64,000 bases of DNA from Hypanus sabinus (lineage: Eukaryota), in contig NC_082706.1 in the NCBI RefSeq assembly GCF_030144855.1, positions 200,446,001 through 200,510,000 on the forward strand, in the 5' to 3' direction. The first letter of the stretch is position 1, and each line of letters opens with the position of its first letter. Below are positions 36,535-50,428 of this stretch, piece after piece. A program made the position numbers and the translations under genes. The notes under the pieces are model-generated. The model was not told the origin of the DNA. It saw nothing but the letters and a program-made list of their open reading frames with translations, and did not search any database.

Positions 36535-39500
36535 TACTGTACATCAGATATTTGAATTTGGTTTCACAGGAGCTCAATTGTATGTTAGAAAAGGGAGGGC
36601 GTTTATAAAATGGGAATTCTATTTGCCTGGTTGGTGCAGATTAAGCTGACTGAAATCTTAGAATACACACCTTGAATAAATGATTTGTGCACAATCGATC
36701 AAGACTCCATACTGACAAATATCAACTGAGAACATAATGAAGTGCTTGTCAAAAATACAAGAGAAGTTCCTACATATTACAGTTCCTAAAAAATAATCCT
36801 AGTCACCATAATGCAAAGTTGTAACATCTATAAATACATTACGAAAAGTAGGGCTCAAAAAATGTTTATGCCCTTATCACACCCTACAGCTCCTGACAAA
36901 TTCTGAAAGGAAATTTTATTTAGCATTTCAAATTTTTGTGTAGTCATTTGTGAATTATGTATGGCCTATTTTCATTACCCAAACAATGGTAAAAGCGAGG
37001 GTTGCATGTAATTGTAGGCTCAGCAGTAGCAAAGTGCAAAGATTTCCATGCAACTAACCACAGATGCATTTTCACCTACCTTCCACTAGCAGCAAGGCCT
37101 GAAGCAAAACCATTGACGTGTGCTAGTTTTATGAACTGTATCCCAAAATTCAAAGCAAGTTTATTATCAAACTAGGTATGTCACCATACACTACCTTGAC
37201 ATTCATTTTCTTGTAGGCATTCACAGTAAAAAGTACAATAGAATCAATGAAAAAAATAAAAACAAAGACTGACAACCAATGTGCTAAAGACAAACTGTGT
37301 GCTAATACAAAAATAAAACAATAACTATAATAATAGTAAATAAATAATACTGAAAGTGTGAATTGTAGAGTCCTCGAAAGTGAGTCTATAGCTTGCATTG
37401 AGGTGAAGTTATATCAGAAAGAAAATAACATAGAATCAAAAGAAAGAAATCCTCTAATAAATTTGAGGATAACAGCATGTCCGTAATCTTGGATTGTCAA
37501 TCAGCAGGTCCTGCAGTAAATGCTCAGTATGCTATGCTTTATGCTGGGAAGGTAAAATGAGTATTATTTAAATGCACTCCACGGATGAGTGCTTTAATCA
37601 GCTCAAGGTTCTCCAGTTGACAAATACATTACATCAGGCCATTCTTTACAATCAGTAAATTAAAAACATTGTAACTCCTGTGGTAAACTAATTCCGGGCA
37701 TGGAGGTTTTAATTATGTATTGAGAAATGTTATTAGATAAATCAATTACTCTCAATGTTTTATCATGTAAATTATTTCAAATTTCACCTAAATGATCAAC
37801 GTTATGACTCCAAAGTCTGGGGGTAAATTTCAAATGAAGTTGAGTTCGGCATCTTCGGAGATCTAACAAAGATACCAGGTGTTACTTTATGTACGTATAT
37901 AGCATATCAGCTTTATGTTTATTTTCTGCACTCGCTCAAGAGTTTTCCCTGTTTTCTTAAACTAGACAGATAGAAAACTCCAATCTCCATGCAGGGGTGG
38001 TTGAAGAAAGTTTTATTATTTACCAACATGTTATAGTTCGCAAGGAGCTGGTGTAAAAAGACCGTACGTACTTCTCAGTGTTCTAATGAAAGGCAGATTT
38101 AAATATCGATTGAAATTTCTTTAACTATAACAAGTACTTCTAACGAATGAATGAATAATTATATAAGCGATTATATAATGGCCAGTCTGATGGCGGAGGG
38201 TAATTGCTTAATGCAATAATGAGCAATCAACAGCTATGAACCCACAAACAAGCACTGAGATCTAGTAATTCGAAATAAAGTAACAATTCAAATCTGGAAA
38301 GACAACACTTTATGTATACAAACTAACCTTATGTATTATATTTAGCTTTTTAAAAATCATCTTCCTTATACAGACTTATTTCTGTGCTGCATTGGATCTG
38401 GAGTAACAATCATTTCATTCTCCTTTACACTTGTAAACTGATGAATGACAATAAACTATCTTGAACCTTCAATAGCTTTAGATGAAGCAAAAATTAACTT
38501 AACCATTAAAACACAAGATTAAGATGTCGTTTCTCACTGTAAACCTCAATAAGAATAGTACAAATTTCTCAAGATACTAAAATAACAATTAATATTAAGA
38601 TGGGACAAATACCCAACTAAAAGATTGTAACATTTTGCAATTAAATGATTTAAAAAAAATTGTACTATTTTGGTTCCCTTTTGGCAAGTATTGCCTTAGC
38701 CACGTGGAAAGACAAGACTTCAACTGCTACTGAGTAGTGAGTATCTGTGATAGGCTTGCAAGACTGGTTTCCTCCAGGACAAGATGTTTGAGAGGATAGG
38801 ATAGGATGATTTGGCATTAAGATATCAGATGGCGGGATTACTGGGATCAAAATTAACAGTGCACTGCTTTTTAGAGAAAGGCTCAGATTTACAACCCAAA
38901 TCACTTCAGGGCTACTTGTGTGAAAGGTACTAGTTTAACCATGCATGGGCAAACACTGCTCTTTCTGTTATGTACATGAAGACAAATGTTAAAATTTACT
39001 AGCAGCCTTGTATATCTACCAAATTAATAAAAACTTCCTTATTTAAAAATGCAGGGAATTCTCTCTTGTGGTTTGTGCATGAAAGCTAAAGATTGCATGC
39101 AATTTATCAGCCAGAAGGCTCAGAGCATTTCTTTCATATCACGTAGCTCAAATAGCTACTACTTTACAACTTAAATTTTAACCATTAACTCAATGTAAAT
39201 TTTATACTTGCAGTTTTCAGCAACTCTATTTTATCACAAAAACAACTATTTTATTTAGTATTTCATTAGAAGCCATAAAAAGGTTGAACTTTCAAAATTT
39301 CTGTTCACCCATTGTATTGCACCATTTGACTCTCTATAAAGTCCAAGTCTTGGAAAATCACAGGATACATTTAACTGACTTCATCTATTGATTTTACGAT
39401 TAGGATGACACAAGGGTTAGGAGTAACCAAATGTGCATGGGACTGTTACCTGTTTTAACTAAAGTTAAATATTTCACCTCAGCAGAACTCACGCACACTT

Positions 39501-39584
39501 ATAGATCTATATAGATGTCTAAGAGCGCTTATTCTGTAAGTGGAATTTATCTTCATAAATTATGTGGAAGATTTCCTCAACAAT

Positions 39585-40278
39585 TTGGAGCCTGTGATCT
39601 ACGTATTGGTCCTGTATTTTTGGGCCTATTGAGTGATCTAGCACTTTGCTGTCTTCGAGCGTTCTGTGGCACATGCAGCCTCAAGGACAAGAAGCCTGGA
39701 AATGGGGAGTGAGCCCATGATTTGACTATTTCTCACCAATCTTGCCAATTAAAGTGCCATGGAAGGTTGAAATCACCGAGGTGAGTGCAAAAAGCAAGGG
39801 GGTGCTCGGTGCTATTTATCAGCCTCTCACTCACTGCTCCTGGAGGAGGATCCCTGCATTTGGATGCTATCTCTCTCCCTCAACACTGTCAGAGGATGGT
39901 GCTGGCATTCCAGGTCTTGGGCAAGGTTTAATTGATGTGGCTTGTGGATTGAACTTTGTAGTTCACATTATGATGTGTTCCTGGTCACTCCTTTTTTTGC
40001 TGCTATTTTGGGCTATTTTGAATTGAGGTGGCCTGCAGATAACGAAATCTGAGCTGAATCGAATATACCTGGACTCTGAATATATCTGTTTTTTTTTCTG
40101 TGTTGTTCTTATCGCCATTTGCATTTTTTTCAGCGTGCGGGGGAGGGGCTTGACATTTTCTCTGAACCGGTTCCATGGTGTTTCTTTGTTTCACGGCTGT
40201 CTGTGAGGAAGATGAATCTCAAGGTTGTATACTGAAAATGCACTGACAATAAATGTACTTCCAATCTTTGAACTTTGA
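39585..40278 (+). mobile_element. Non-autonomous retroelement with Rex-type 3' tail (similar architecture on the minus strand at about 41820-42590)
   Basis: GC-richer non-coding body ending gaatctcaaggttgtatac...aataaatgtactt...tttgaactttga. Confidence 0.5.
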
Positions 40279-41309
40279 AAACAGGGTATTTGCAGTGTTC
40301 TTCCCATCCCCATATAAATTCTTTCATGCATCGCAATTATGGACAACACATCAGGCAAAGGTGCCTCAGGCTAGCCAGGTATCAAAACAATACTTACAAA
40401 CAGAAAAGGCTATAAAGTGGTGGATACAGCCCAGTTCATCAAAAGCCGAGCCCTCGCTACATTGAGAAAATGTATGTGAACTGCCATAAGAAAACATCCA
40501 TCAAGGAACCTCAACCATCTAGGCCATGCCCTCTTCTCACTACCACCATTGGGCAAGAGGTACAGAAACCTTAAGCCCCACATCACCAGGTTCAAGAACA
40601 GTTATTACCCTATAGCAATCAGGCTCCTGATCTGGCTTGGATAACTTCACTTACTGCAACTCTGAACTGATATATACAACCTACAGATTCACTTTCAAGG
40701 GATCTTTATAAGTCATGCTCTCTATTTTTTTTATTTGCACAGTTTGTCTTCTGCAATTTGGTTGTTTGTCGGTCTTTGTTTGTTTATGCATAGTTTTCCA
40801 TTAATTCTGTTTTTCCTGAAAATACCTGCAAGAAAATGAATTTCAAGGTAGCATATGGCAACATACGCAGTTTGATAATAAATTTACTTTAACTGCCTAA
40901 ACTTTGGGAACACAGGAAATGGGCAAAAGGAATCTATGGTCAACCTTACCATGCATCTGATGCTGTCTGTTAGAGGCATCTGTAGTACGCCAATAGCTTT
41001 CTCAGTAATATATACAGTTGTAAGATGGATTAAGTTGGGTTGACCCTTGGGATGTTGGTCTTTTGAATGCCACCAACAATGCTTAAGATCTCCAAGCAGC
41101 CAGGTAAGAGAAGTAGTATCTAGTCTTCCGCGACAAGATGAAGATATGACAGCAATCAAAAACATTGTGCACACCTGCAAACTTGGAGAAGAAGTACTTG
41201 CAACTGAACTACTCCTGGATAACCTTGGAGATAGATCACTGCAGTATGATTCTAACCTAAGGTTCCCTATGAGGTGGCTATGGAGGTAAGTAGTGGTATA
41301 GTTGGGCCG

Positions 41310-41595
41310 CAAGGCAGCATAGCGATTAGCGCAGCACTTTAGACAACCCAGTAGTGAAATCAGGGCTTGATACGATCTGCTGTAAGGAGTTTGTCACTCC
41401 TTTTTTTGCTGCTATTTTGGGCAGCCACTCTGGTTTCCTCCCACATTCCAAAGACATAGGGTTAATGAGTTGTGGCACGCGATATTGGTACAGGAAGCCT
41501 GGTGAATCTTGCGAGCTGCTCAGCACAATCCTCGCTGATTTGAGTTGATACAAATTATGCGTTTTGATGTACGTGTGATAAATAAAGCTAATCTA
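41310..41595 (+). mobile_element. V-domain SINE (further copies at about 23630-23800, 44000-44310, 45325-45585, 53340-53620, 58840-59020 and 59120-59380)
   Basis: tRNA head gcatagcgattagcgcagc..., ctgtaaggagtttgt...ctctggtttcctcccacattccaaagac, tail aaataaagctaatc. Confidence 0.78.
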
Positions 41596-44500
41596 ATTGT
41601 TAAAGATGGATTGTTGCAATATGATTCCACTCAAGGTTTAGAATGAGGTGGATATGGATATAGATAATGGGCTACTTAGCATCACGTATACTTTCTGGAA
41701 TGTTTCCCACAGACCGTGAGGCAGCAGGCATAAACTCACTGGTTGAAATGAGATATAAAGGGGAGAAAAGAACTATTAGCCTGACTTCAAGAATAGGGTA
41801 AATACTGGAATCCATGATTAACAGAATTATACAGCCTTGAGATTCATCTCCTTACAGGCAGCCACAAAACAAAGAAATGCAATAGAAATCATTTAAAGTA
41901 GAACATCAAACACCCAATGTGCAGGAAAAAAACAATAAAAGTAAGTAACATTCAGAACTGAAGCTCAGGAAAAGTGATTCCATAAGCACAAAGCCAGTCA
42001 TCACTGCAGCTAAACCAGGCCACAGCTTCAGTTCAGCGAGTAAACTTCACAGAGCAGAAAGCTGAATGCTAGCCTGTCCTGTGCCTCAGGCCCTGACACC
42101 CTAACTCTTTCAACCTGCCTTAGTGCTTAAATCAGCGGGTCTTTTCTCTCTCTCAGACCCAGGCCCTGCCGCTTCAATACATTTTTGAGCCCAGGACCTG
42201 CCATCTGTTCTCAACCTTTCCAATTCAGCCTGGCACTTAAATTGATCAATCCTCAGCTTGTTCCTTGTATTCAGGCCTGGGCACTGCTGCCTCATCTCTA
42301 AATCCACTCCAGCAGCTAAACACTGGCTTGTTGCCCGCACTAGTCCGGGCACTGTTGCTTTAATTCAGTCCATGCACGGCATGTCGCAACTGTCCTGCAC
42401 CTTCAGGAGTTCAGTTCACACTGCAAAAATACCAGGTTGTAAAGGCGGTTCAAAAGCTCGACTATGAAAGGGAAGTTACAGGCTATTGATTAAATTGATT
42501 GTATTTGAGAAAAAGTGTGATGAATAAAGCAATTGATAGCTGTTTTTGCTACCATTGCTGCTGTGCTTCACCAGTGACATCTTAAACCTGAAAATTTTAT
42601 AATAGACTCTAACAAGTATGGCAGACTGCTGCAGTAACAAACGAAGCCCACACCAGATGGGTAATTTAAGTCATATTGCATTTGCTAGGGGTAAATCTAG
42701 CTAACAAAATTTAAATGCAATTTCTCCAGCTGGATTGAATTCGATGACATTTAGAGAAATGGAGTCACAGGGATAGACTGGGTATCTTGATATCCAATAC
42801 TCCATTTTTGATTCAATCAACTGAAAAAATGCAGTTTTGGTGAAGAACTTCACAATCGCTTTACAAAATGATCTAATTTTATTTTACCCAAACTTACCAT
42901 CAGATATTTCTTCAGGTTGGTTTCTATTTGAAATTTCTATTCTATTTCTGTTCTGCTATATCCAAGATTCTAAAAACGCTTTTTCTATATTGTTTTATAT
43001 TGTGTTGGAAAATACCCACCCAATGTTAATTAGCTGCTTTATTTCTCCCATTATTTCACTGCATTTATATTCAAATTTAACCCTAGTCCATTGGCCATAA
43101 ATAATGGACAAATGAGATTCAATTTTGCATACAATATATTTGTGACTGTACATTGGATCAAGACAACAGAAGGATGTCCTTTGGAAGAGTGATGAGGAGC
43201 CCTAACTCTGCTCTTATCTCTTATGGAATTTCATTAGCCACAGGGTGGTGAATCTGTGGAATGCATTGCCACTGATGGCTGTGGAGGCCAAGTCATTGGT
43301 TATATTTAAAGCGGATGTTGATAGGTTCTTGATTATTCAGGACATCAAAGGTTACGGGGAGAAGGCAGAAGAATGGGGTTGAGATATAATATATCAGCCA
43401 CGATGGAATAGCGGAACAGATGAGATGGGCTGAATGGCCTAATTCTGCTCCTGCGCCCTGAAGGCCATAATCATAAAGGTTGTATGCAACAGCAGCCAAC
43501 CCACTTCGAAACAATTCTCACACAGGCATCTTCAGAACTGTAGTGGAAGCAAGTTATCCTTAATTTCAAGAAAATAATGAAAAGACTTTTATCTTTGTTT
43601 TGTGCAAATGTTTAATTCAAAGCTTTAATATGTTTTGGGAGCATCCTTCTGGCAAAGTGCCACATAAAAATTTACACTTTTCTTTCCTTTTGAATAAACC
43701 TACTTTTGAGTATTTAACGGTTAGTTCAGACCGGGCGTGTGGACGGCTCCATTTGCATGCTATAAGACTCTATGGTTCAATCCACATTTCAGAACCAGAT
43801 CTAGACTTGAAATGTTCCTTCAAACACTACATAATGCAATTTTGCAGTTGCCATAATGGGATTTAACCTTTTGTTGCTGGATGATTCCAAATCTCTGGAA
43901 TTACAGGTATGCTACCATGTGCATAAACAAGCTTCACCACACACATAATCTTAATACATACACAGAATCTGATAAAATGTCAAATATGCATTTATAGAAA
44001 GACACAGCATGAAAACAGGCCTTTTGGCCCACATTACCATCAATCACCCATTCTAGTTCATCTGCGTTAATCCTATTTTCATTCTCTCCATATTCTCATC
44101 AGTTCCCCCAGATTCTACCACTTGTGTGTAAATGCCTCAGATTTACACTCAACAGTGATTTACAGTGGCCAATTGAACTAGGAAACTTGAGCTAGCAAAG
44201 GAAGCCTACTCAGTCACAGGGAAAATGCAGACAACACCCAGGGTCAGGATTGAGCATGGCTCTCTGCTGCTGCTGCATGGCAGCCACTCCTGCTAGCTAT
44301 TCCACTGTGCCAGTAAGCCTCTAAACTAAATTCTGAGAACTGACCAATGGACTTGGTCACATTTGTATACAAAAAATTTACAATACAGGATAAATAATAC
44401 CACTGCATGACTACTGTCACCTTTTCGTATCCTGGAATTTGCCAACCGTAATGCACTGAAAAGAAATTCATTGAATAAGCAAAATAACATGAGCAAGATC

Positions 44501-44654
44501 CATAGATATCAAAGAGATAGAGAAGTCATTCACAAAGATAGGAGCAGAAGGTGGATTAGAGGAGGCACATATGTACAGACAGAACAGGGACAGCAGGCTC
44601 GGCAAGTCATATGGAGGAACAAATACATAGGTTCATGACCTATTTCTTTTTCTA

Positions 44655-45684
44655 CACTCAGTGACCACTTTGTTAGATACATCCTGTTATTAATAAAGTG
44701 GCCATTGAGCGTACGTTCGTTATTTTCTGCTGTAGCCTATTCATTTCAAGATTCGATGTATTGTGCCTTCAGAGATGCTCTTCTGTACACCACTGTTGTA
44801 ACACTTAGTTTTGCTGTCAGCTTGTAACAGTCTGGCCATTCTCCTATGACCCCTCTCATTAACAAGGTGTTTTTGCTCACAGAACTGCTGCTCAATGAAT
44901 GTGTTTGTTTTTCTCACCATTCTCTGTAAACTCCACAGTGACTGCTGTGCATGAAAATCCCAGATCAGCAGTTTCTGAGATACTCAAAGTACTCCATCTG
45001 GCACCAACAATCATTCCAGGGTAAAAGTCACTTAAATCACATTTCCACAGGACCATATGATCAAGGAGCAGAATTACACCATTTGGCCCATCAAGTCTGC
45101 CCTACTACTTCATCATGGTTGATCCATTTACCTTCTCATTCCCAATCTGCCTTCTCTCCATATCCCTTCATGCCCTCAATCAAGAATCTATCAACCTCTG
45201 CCTTAAACATACATGTTAAAGACTTGGCTTCCACAGCTGGCTGTGGCAACAAATTCTGCAGATTCACCACTCTCTGCCTAAAGAAGAATTTCATCCCAAT
45301 TCTAATGTTTGGTCTGAACCTCTTGTATTATATTTAGAGATATAACATGTAGTGGGCCCTTCTGGGCCTTTGAGCCACACCACCCCAGATCCTTCAACAA
45401 CCCTGATTTCACCCTAAACTAATTATGAGACAATTTACAATGACCTATTAACCTATCCGATACATTTATGGACGTGAGAGAAAACTAAAGCGCCTGGGAA
45501 AAACACACATTCCAGATGCTGGAAGTGAACTCTGTACTCTGACCCCACAAACTGTCATAGTGTTACACTACCATTACGCCAGCCTTGACCATGTCTGCAT
45601 GCTTTTTTTTTGTATTGAGTTGCTGCCACATGACTGGCAGATTAGGTGCTGGTAATAATGAGCAGATGAACACATGTCAGAGTG
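44655..45684 (-). mobile_element. Tc1 internal-deletion derivative (copy 2) containing a CR1 tail (about 45050-45290) and a V-SINE
   Basis: TA|cactcagtgaccactttg...agagtg|TA. Body collinear with the 4539-5084 copy. Confidence 0.8.
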
Positions 45685-47289
45685 TATACTGTAGAAATCT
45701 ATGCATGCATATACACCAAGAGCGGGCCATTCAGCACAAACAGCAGCAAGGCAATCCAACTCAACAATATTTGACAACAGAACACCATACACCCTTTCCA
45801 TACACTTGGATGGTTTGAGAGAATATAGCACTCTCTCTACCTTTACTGAAAGTTGGCCTAGGGTTATTTGTGTATGTCTTTATACAAGATTGCTACTCAG
45901 AACATTGAACTGAGTGGAAAAACACAAACAAACTGTTGGATAAAGCAACATCAGCTAAGAGAAAGGAAAGGTCAATATTTCTTCCTTTGCCTCTACAGAC
46001 GCTGCATTATCTGCCTTCTTCATCCAACAATGTCCTTTGCCAAGCAAAAACACACACTGTCCCCTTCCACCAAGGAATACTTCTCAATGCCTCAAGTAAA
46101 GCAGCCAGCATAATCAAAAGATCTCACCCAGACTGAGCAGTCTCTCTTCTCCTGATGACAGCACTGACACAGAAAAGGAGCATCCATCAAGGACCCTCAC
46201 CACCCAAGCCATACTCTCCTCTCACTGTTACATTCAGGAAGGTGGTACAGGAGCTTCAGGACCCATACCAACAGGTCCAGGAACAGTTATCATCCCTCAA
46301 CCACCAGGCTCTTGAACCAAAGGGGATAAGTTCACTGACCCCACAGTGAACTGTTCCCACAACATATGACTCACTTTCAAGGACTCTTCATCCCATGTTC
46401 TCAATATTTGTTTATTTATTGTTCTTTTGTATTTGCAGAGTTTGTTGCCTTTTGCACGTTGGTTGTTTCTCTACCCATTGGCTGTAGTCTTTTATTGATT
46501 ATATTACTTTTCTTAGATTTACAGAGTATGACCAGAAACAAATGAATGTCAGATTTATATATGGTGACATATATATGCACTTCGATAATAAATTTACTCT
46601 GAACTTTGAATGGGCAAAAGATACAAAAAAGCATGCACCACCAGGCTCAATTACAGCTTCCACTCAATTATAAACCTATTGCCTGGTACCCAAGAACGAT
46701 AAGATGGACCTCATTGTTTACCTGCACTGCACTTGTTCTGAAGCTGTTAACACTTCATTCTGCATTGCTACTGTTGCAGCTCAATGCACTATGTAATGAA
46801 TTGATCTATACAAACAACATGAAAGACAAGCTTTTAACTGTATCTCATTACCAGTGACAAGAATAAATCAATTCAATCTGTAAAATAAATCCTTCTCCTA
46901 ATATAGTTTTCAAATTCTGGTTGATAATTTGCCTGAAATTTGATGCCATTATGACGTCACCTTTAATGCCCAAGGAAGAATTCAGAATTATTTAGGAATT
47001 ATATCACTACCCCTGCTGGCATTAACTGGATAATATACATCTTGAACCTGCACATTCAGTGCTGACATTGGCTCTTCACCTCTGGCTATTTGCCAACTAT
47101 GGAATTAGAAGACAAAAGCTTCAATACTGCAAAATAAAATTTCTGGAGGAGCTCCGTGGATCAGGCAGCGATTGTAAGGAGAAAGAGATGGGTGATGTTT
47201 TAAGTCAAGGCCTGCATCAGGACCAAGGTGGGAGACAGCCAGTATGACTTGAGAGGAAGGGGTGAGACAGTGGCAGGTGAGAGATGAAT

Positions 47290-47750
47290 CACCAATGCCC
47301 AGGAGTGAAAAAGTCTACACCAAGTGGTGAATATAGCCCAGTCCATCTCAGGCAAAGCTCTCCCCAGCACATCTACAAGAAAAGCTGTCACAAGAAAGTA
47401 GCATCCATCATCAAGGATGGCCATCATCAGGCAGGAGGTACAGGAACATTAGGACCCATACCCACCAGGTTCAAGAACAGTTATAACTCTTCAGCCATCA
47501 GGCTCCTGAATATTTGTGGACAATTTCACTCACCTCAATACTGAAATAATGCCATGACGAATGATTCCATCGACTCACTTTCAACACTCTAGAACCCATG
47601 AACAGAGAGACACACACACACATTATTTGCACCATTTGTACTCTTTTGCACATTGGCTGTCAGCATTCATTCTATACAGATTTTCCATAAATTCTATTGT
47701 TTTTCTTTACATTCCTGTAAATGAATTTCAAAGTAGTATATGGTAGCATA
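47290..47750 (+). mobile_element. Rex1/Babar 3' end (its last ~35 bp resume at 51868-51903)
   Basis: ...aagtagtatatggtagcata [insert] tatgtactttaataataaatttactttgaactttt reconstitutes the tail seen uninterrupted at 46550-46610. Confidence 0.8.
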
Positions 47751-48624
47751 CACTCAGTGGCCTCTTTATTAAGTATAGGAGTGGAGCCTGGTGTGGTCTA
47801 CTGTTTCGATAGACGACCCACTTCAAAGTTCCACGTGTTGTGCATTCAGAGAAACTCTCTTGCATACCACTGTTGTAACCCGTGGTTATTTAAATTACTG
47901 TCGCCTTCAACCAGTCTGGCCATTCTCATCTGACATCTCTCATTAACAAGGGGTTTTCACCCACAGAACTGCTGCTCACTGGACATTATATGACCCCCTA
48001 GGAGTCCATGCCAGATTTCATAGGGGGCACAATTAAAAATCAAGAAACTGGGGACCACAGGAGCTTCTGAATGGACCCTGATAAGTTTACTGTTTTAATG
48101 AAGTATTACTGAACTATATAAATAAAAAAGAAATGAATATGTAATTTAGTTGTAACCCCACTGAAATGAATGGGAAAGTATAAGGATGCAAGTGAGACAG
48201 TGAAACTGGTGTATGTGCTTGCGTGCAGCATGTCAATCTCAGCTCCTGATTGACCTCACACAAATCAATGTTCACACCCTGCAGGACGGCCTGTTGATCC
48301 TCATTGCACCTCCACCCCCAAATCAAACACTGCAGATTGGACAGGACTGTCTGCAGCAAGGCCAATCAACGAGTATGCAGCAGGAGGTTGGTTCTGTTTG
48401 TCTTCCACTGACCCATGCGTGTCATAATACTTATAAAATGTGGCAAGGTGGCTACAGGTACTGCAGTGGAGTTATATGCCAGAAACTGCTAAATTGCCAA
48501 GAGGTGAGAATGTGCAATGTCTCCCACTGTATCACTATCTACCACTACAATTTCCATTAAATCCCTGATACTCATCATATTTTGAAAGGAAGTTCAATTT
48601 GCTTTTCTTGATAGTATTGTAGTA

Positions 48625-49849
48625 CAGTTGGTCCTTCTTATCCACAGGTTCCGCATGCGCGGATTCAACCAAACGCGGATCGGGAAAACCTGGAAGTTCT
48701 CTCTCCAGCAGTTGTTGTTTGAGCATGTATAGACTTCTTTTTCTTGTCACTATTCCCTAAACAATACAGTATAACAACTATTTACATAGCATTTACATTG
48801 TATTAGGTGATATTGATAATGTAATGGAGGTACTGTCTTACTCCCTTTTACGGCTAAAGGATTTTTTGGTGCATTATTGTCCCCTTTTGAGGCTAAAAGG
48901 TTGCTAGCTGATCTATAGAAATGGCAAATTTGAGTTAGTCACGTATGTGAAGTATGGCAGACCGTAATGTTCCCTTTATGTTTAAGATTGTTCTTGCTTT
49001 ATAATTAACCTGTGGTCAAAACTGTCGGAGCAGGCTTTGCACCTAGATCCCCATACAAGGCATGGACAAGTATGGACCCTTTGCTGTGCTGATTGCTTAA
49101 GGGGAAGTAACTCAAAAGCTGTAGTAACTGTTAGAATACCTGTATAAAAGGGATGGTGTCTGTATGTAAGGTAGAGATCCTAGGACAAGGGTCCAGTCGG
49201 CAAGAGGGTGCTTCTTGCCTACTGTAGATCTCGGATCTCTTGCTGGCTGAAGTCGCAATAAAGAAACGGTTGATTGAAATTATATGGTGTCTGACTTGAC
49301 TTAATTCCACATTATAAGTAATCTAGAGATGATTTAAAGTATACGGGAGGATGTGCATAGGTTACTGCGGATTGGAAATCGAAAAAAACCCCCGTAAGTT
49401 CTCTAAGTTGGAACAGGTACATCCGGTATTATTTAACGTCAGTTAGTCAAACATTTGTCTTATTATATAGTATATATTTTACCTTTCTATGCATATAAAA
49501 CACTTAATAAACATATGTATTTCAATAATTAAACCACTGCTTTGCTTAGTAATAATTGTAGCTTTCACCAGGGCAGGGCTTTCACATGCTCCATTATTCT
49601 CACTTTATCCCGACTGTTGTAGCCTAACACTTTTCCAATGACCAATGGCATTTAACCTCTTTCCAATCACTTGATTATTTCCACTTTATTTTCAATTGTG
49701 TTCGTTTTCCGGAACAGAAACACTGCGGGCAGCGGGTCCCAAGCTCCGCTGGGTCCTAAAGTCGACTGACTTGAGCATCTGCGTTTTTTGGTATCCACGG
49801 GGGGGGGGGCTCCTGGAACCAATCCCCCGCGGATAAGGAGGGCCAACTG
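48625..49849 (+). mobile_element. Tigger/pogo-type MITE, MER2-like, containing a solo LTR
   Basis: TA at 48623-48624 and 49850-49851. TIRs CAGTTGGTCCTTCTTATCCACAGG / (revcomp) CAGTTGGCCCTCCTTATCCGCGGG. Confidence 0.88.
48820..49311 (+). mobile_element. Solo LTR (about 490 bp)
   Basis: TG...CA ends, TATAAAA at 49143-49149, AATAAA at 49257-49262, short direct repeat at 48841-48900. It interrupts ...attaggt|attataagtaatc... of the host MITE. TSD ambiguous. Confidence 0.72.
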
Positions 49850-50428
49850 TATTTCTAAGTGATAAGCAACTCAGGGAACAAATTGTTGCTGCTAAGTCTG
49901 ACGCATTTTACCTGTCAAATATATTTGAAAAACTGAACAGTTACAAGGAAAAAAACATTCTCATATCATGCAAGGATGCAATTACGACTTTCCTTGGAAA
50001 GCAAAGTTATCAGCAGCAATATTGGACATTCTGAGTTTATACAATTTCCTTCAATGACCACCCTTAAAGTATAATGGCAAGATGACAATCTGATTGTCTG
50101 ATCATTTGAAACAACTGCACACGGACTGATACGGAACTTCGTTTCAAAGACCTGCTGGAAATGCATTTTCCAGATTGGGTAGTGGATCCATTTGGGGTGA
50201 ATGTGAATGATGCTGACACCACATTGCAAGCGTACCTTGTTGAGCTGCAGAGTGATATAACAGCTCAAACAAAATTTTTGGATATTCAAAATAAACTTCC
50301 ACAGCTCTGGGATAAAGTAAACTTGTTTCTAATTGGATCTTTCACCTCTTATCTAGATGGATGTGGTTTTAGTCAAACTATCGAAAGCTCAGCCACCTTG
50401 ATATTGTGAAAAGAGGTGATCTTCAATT

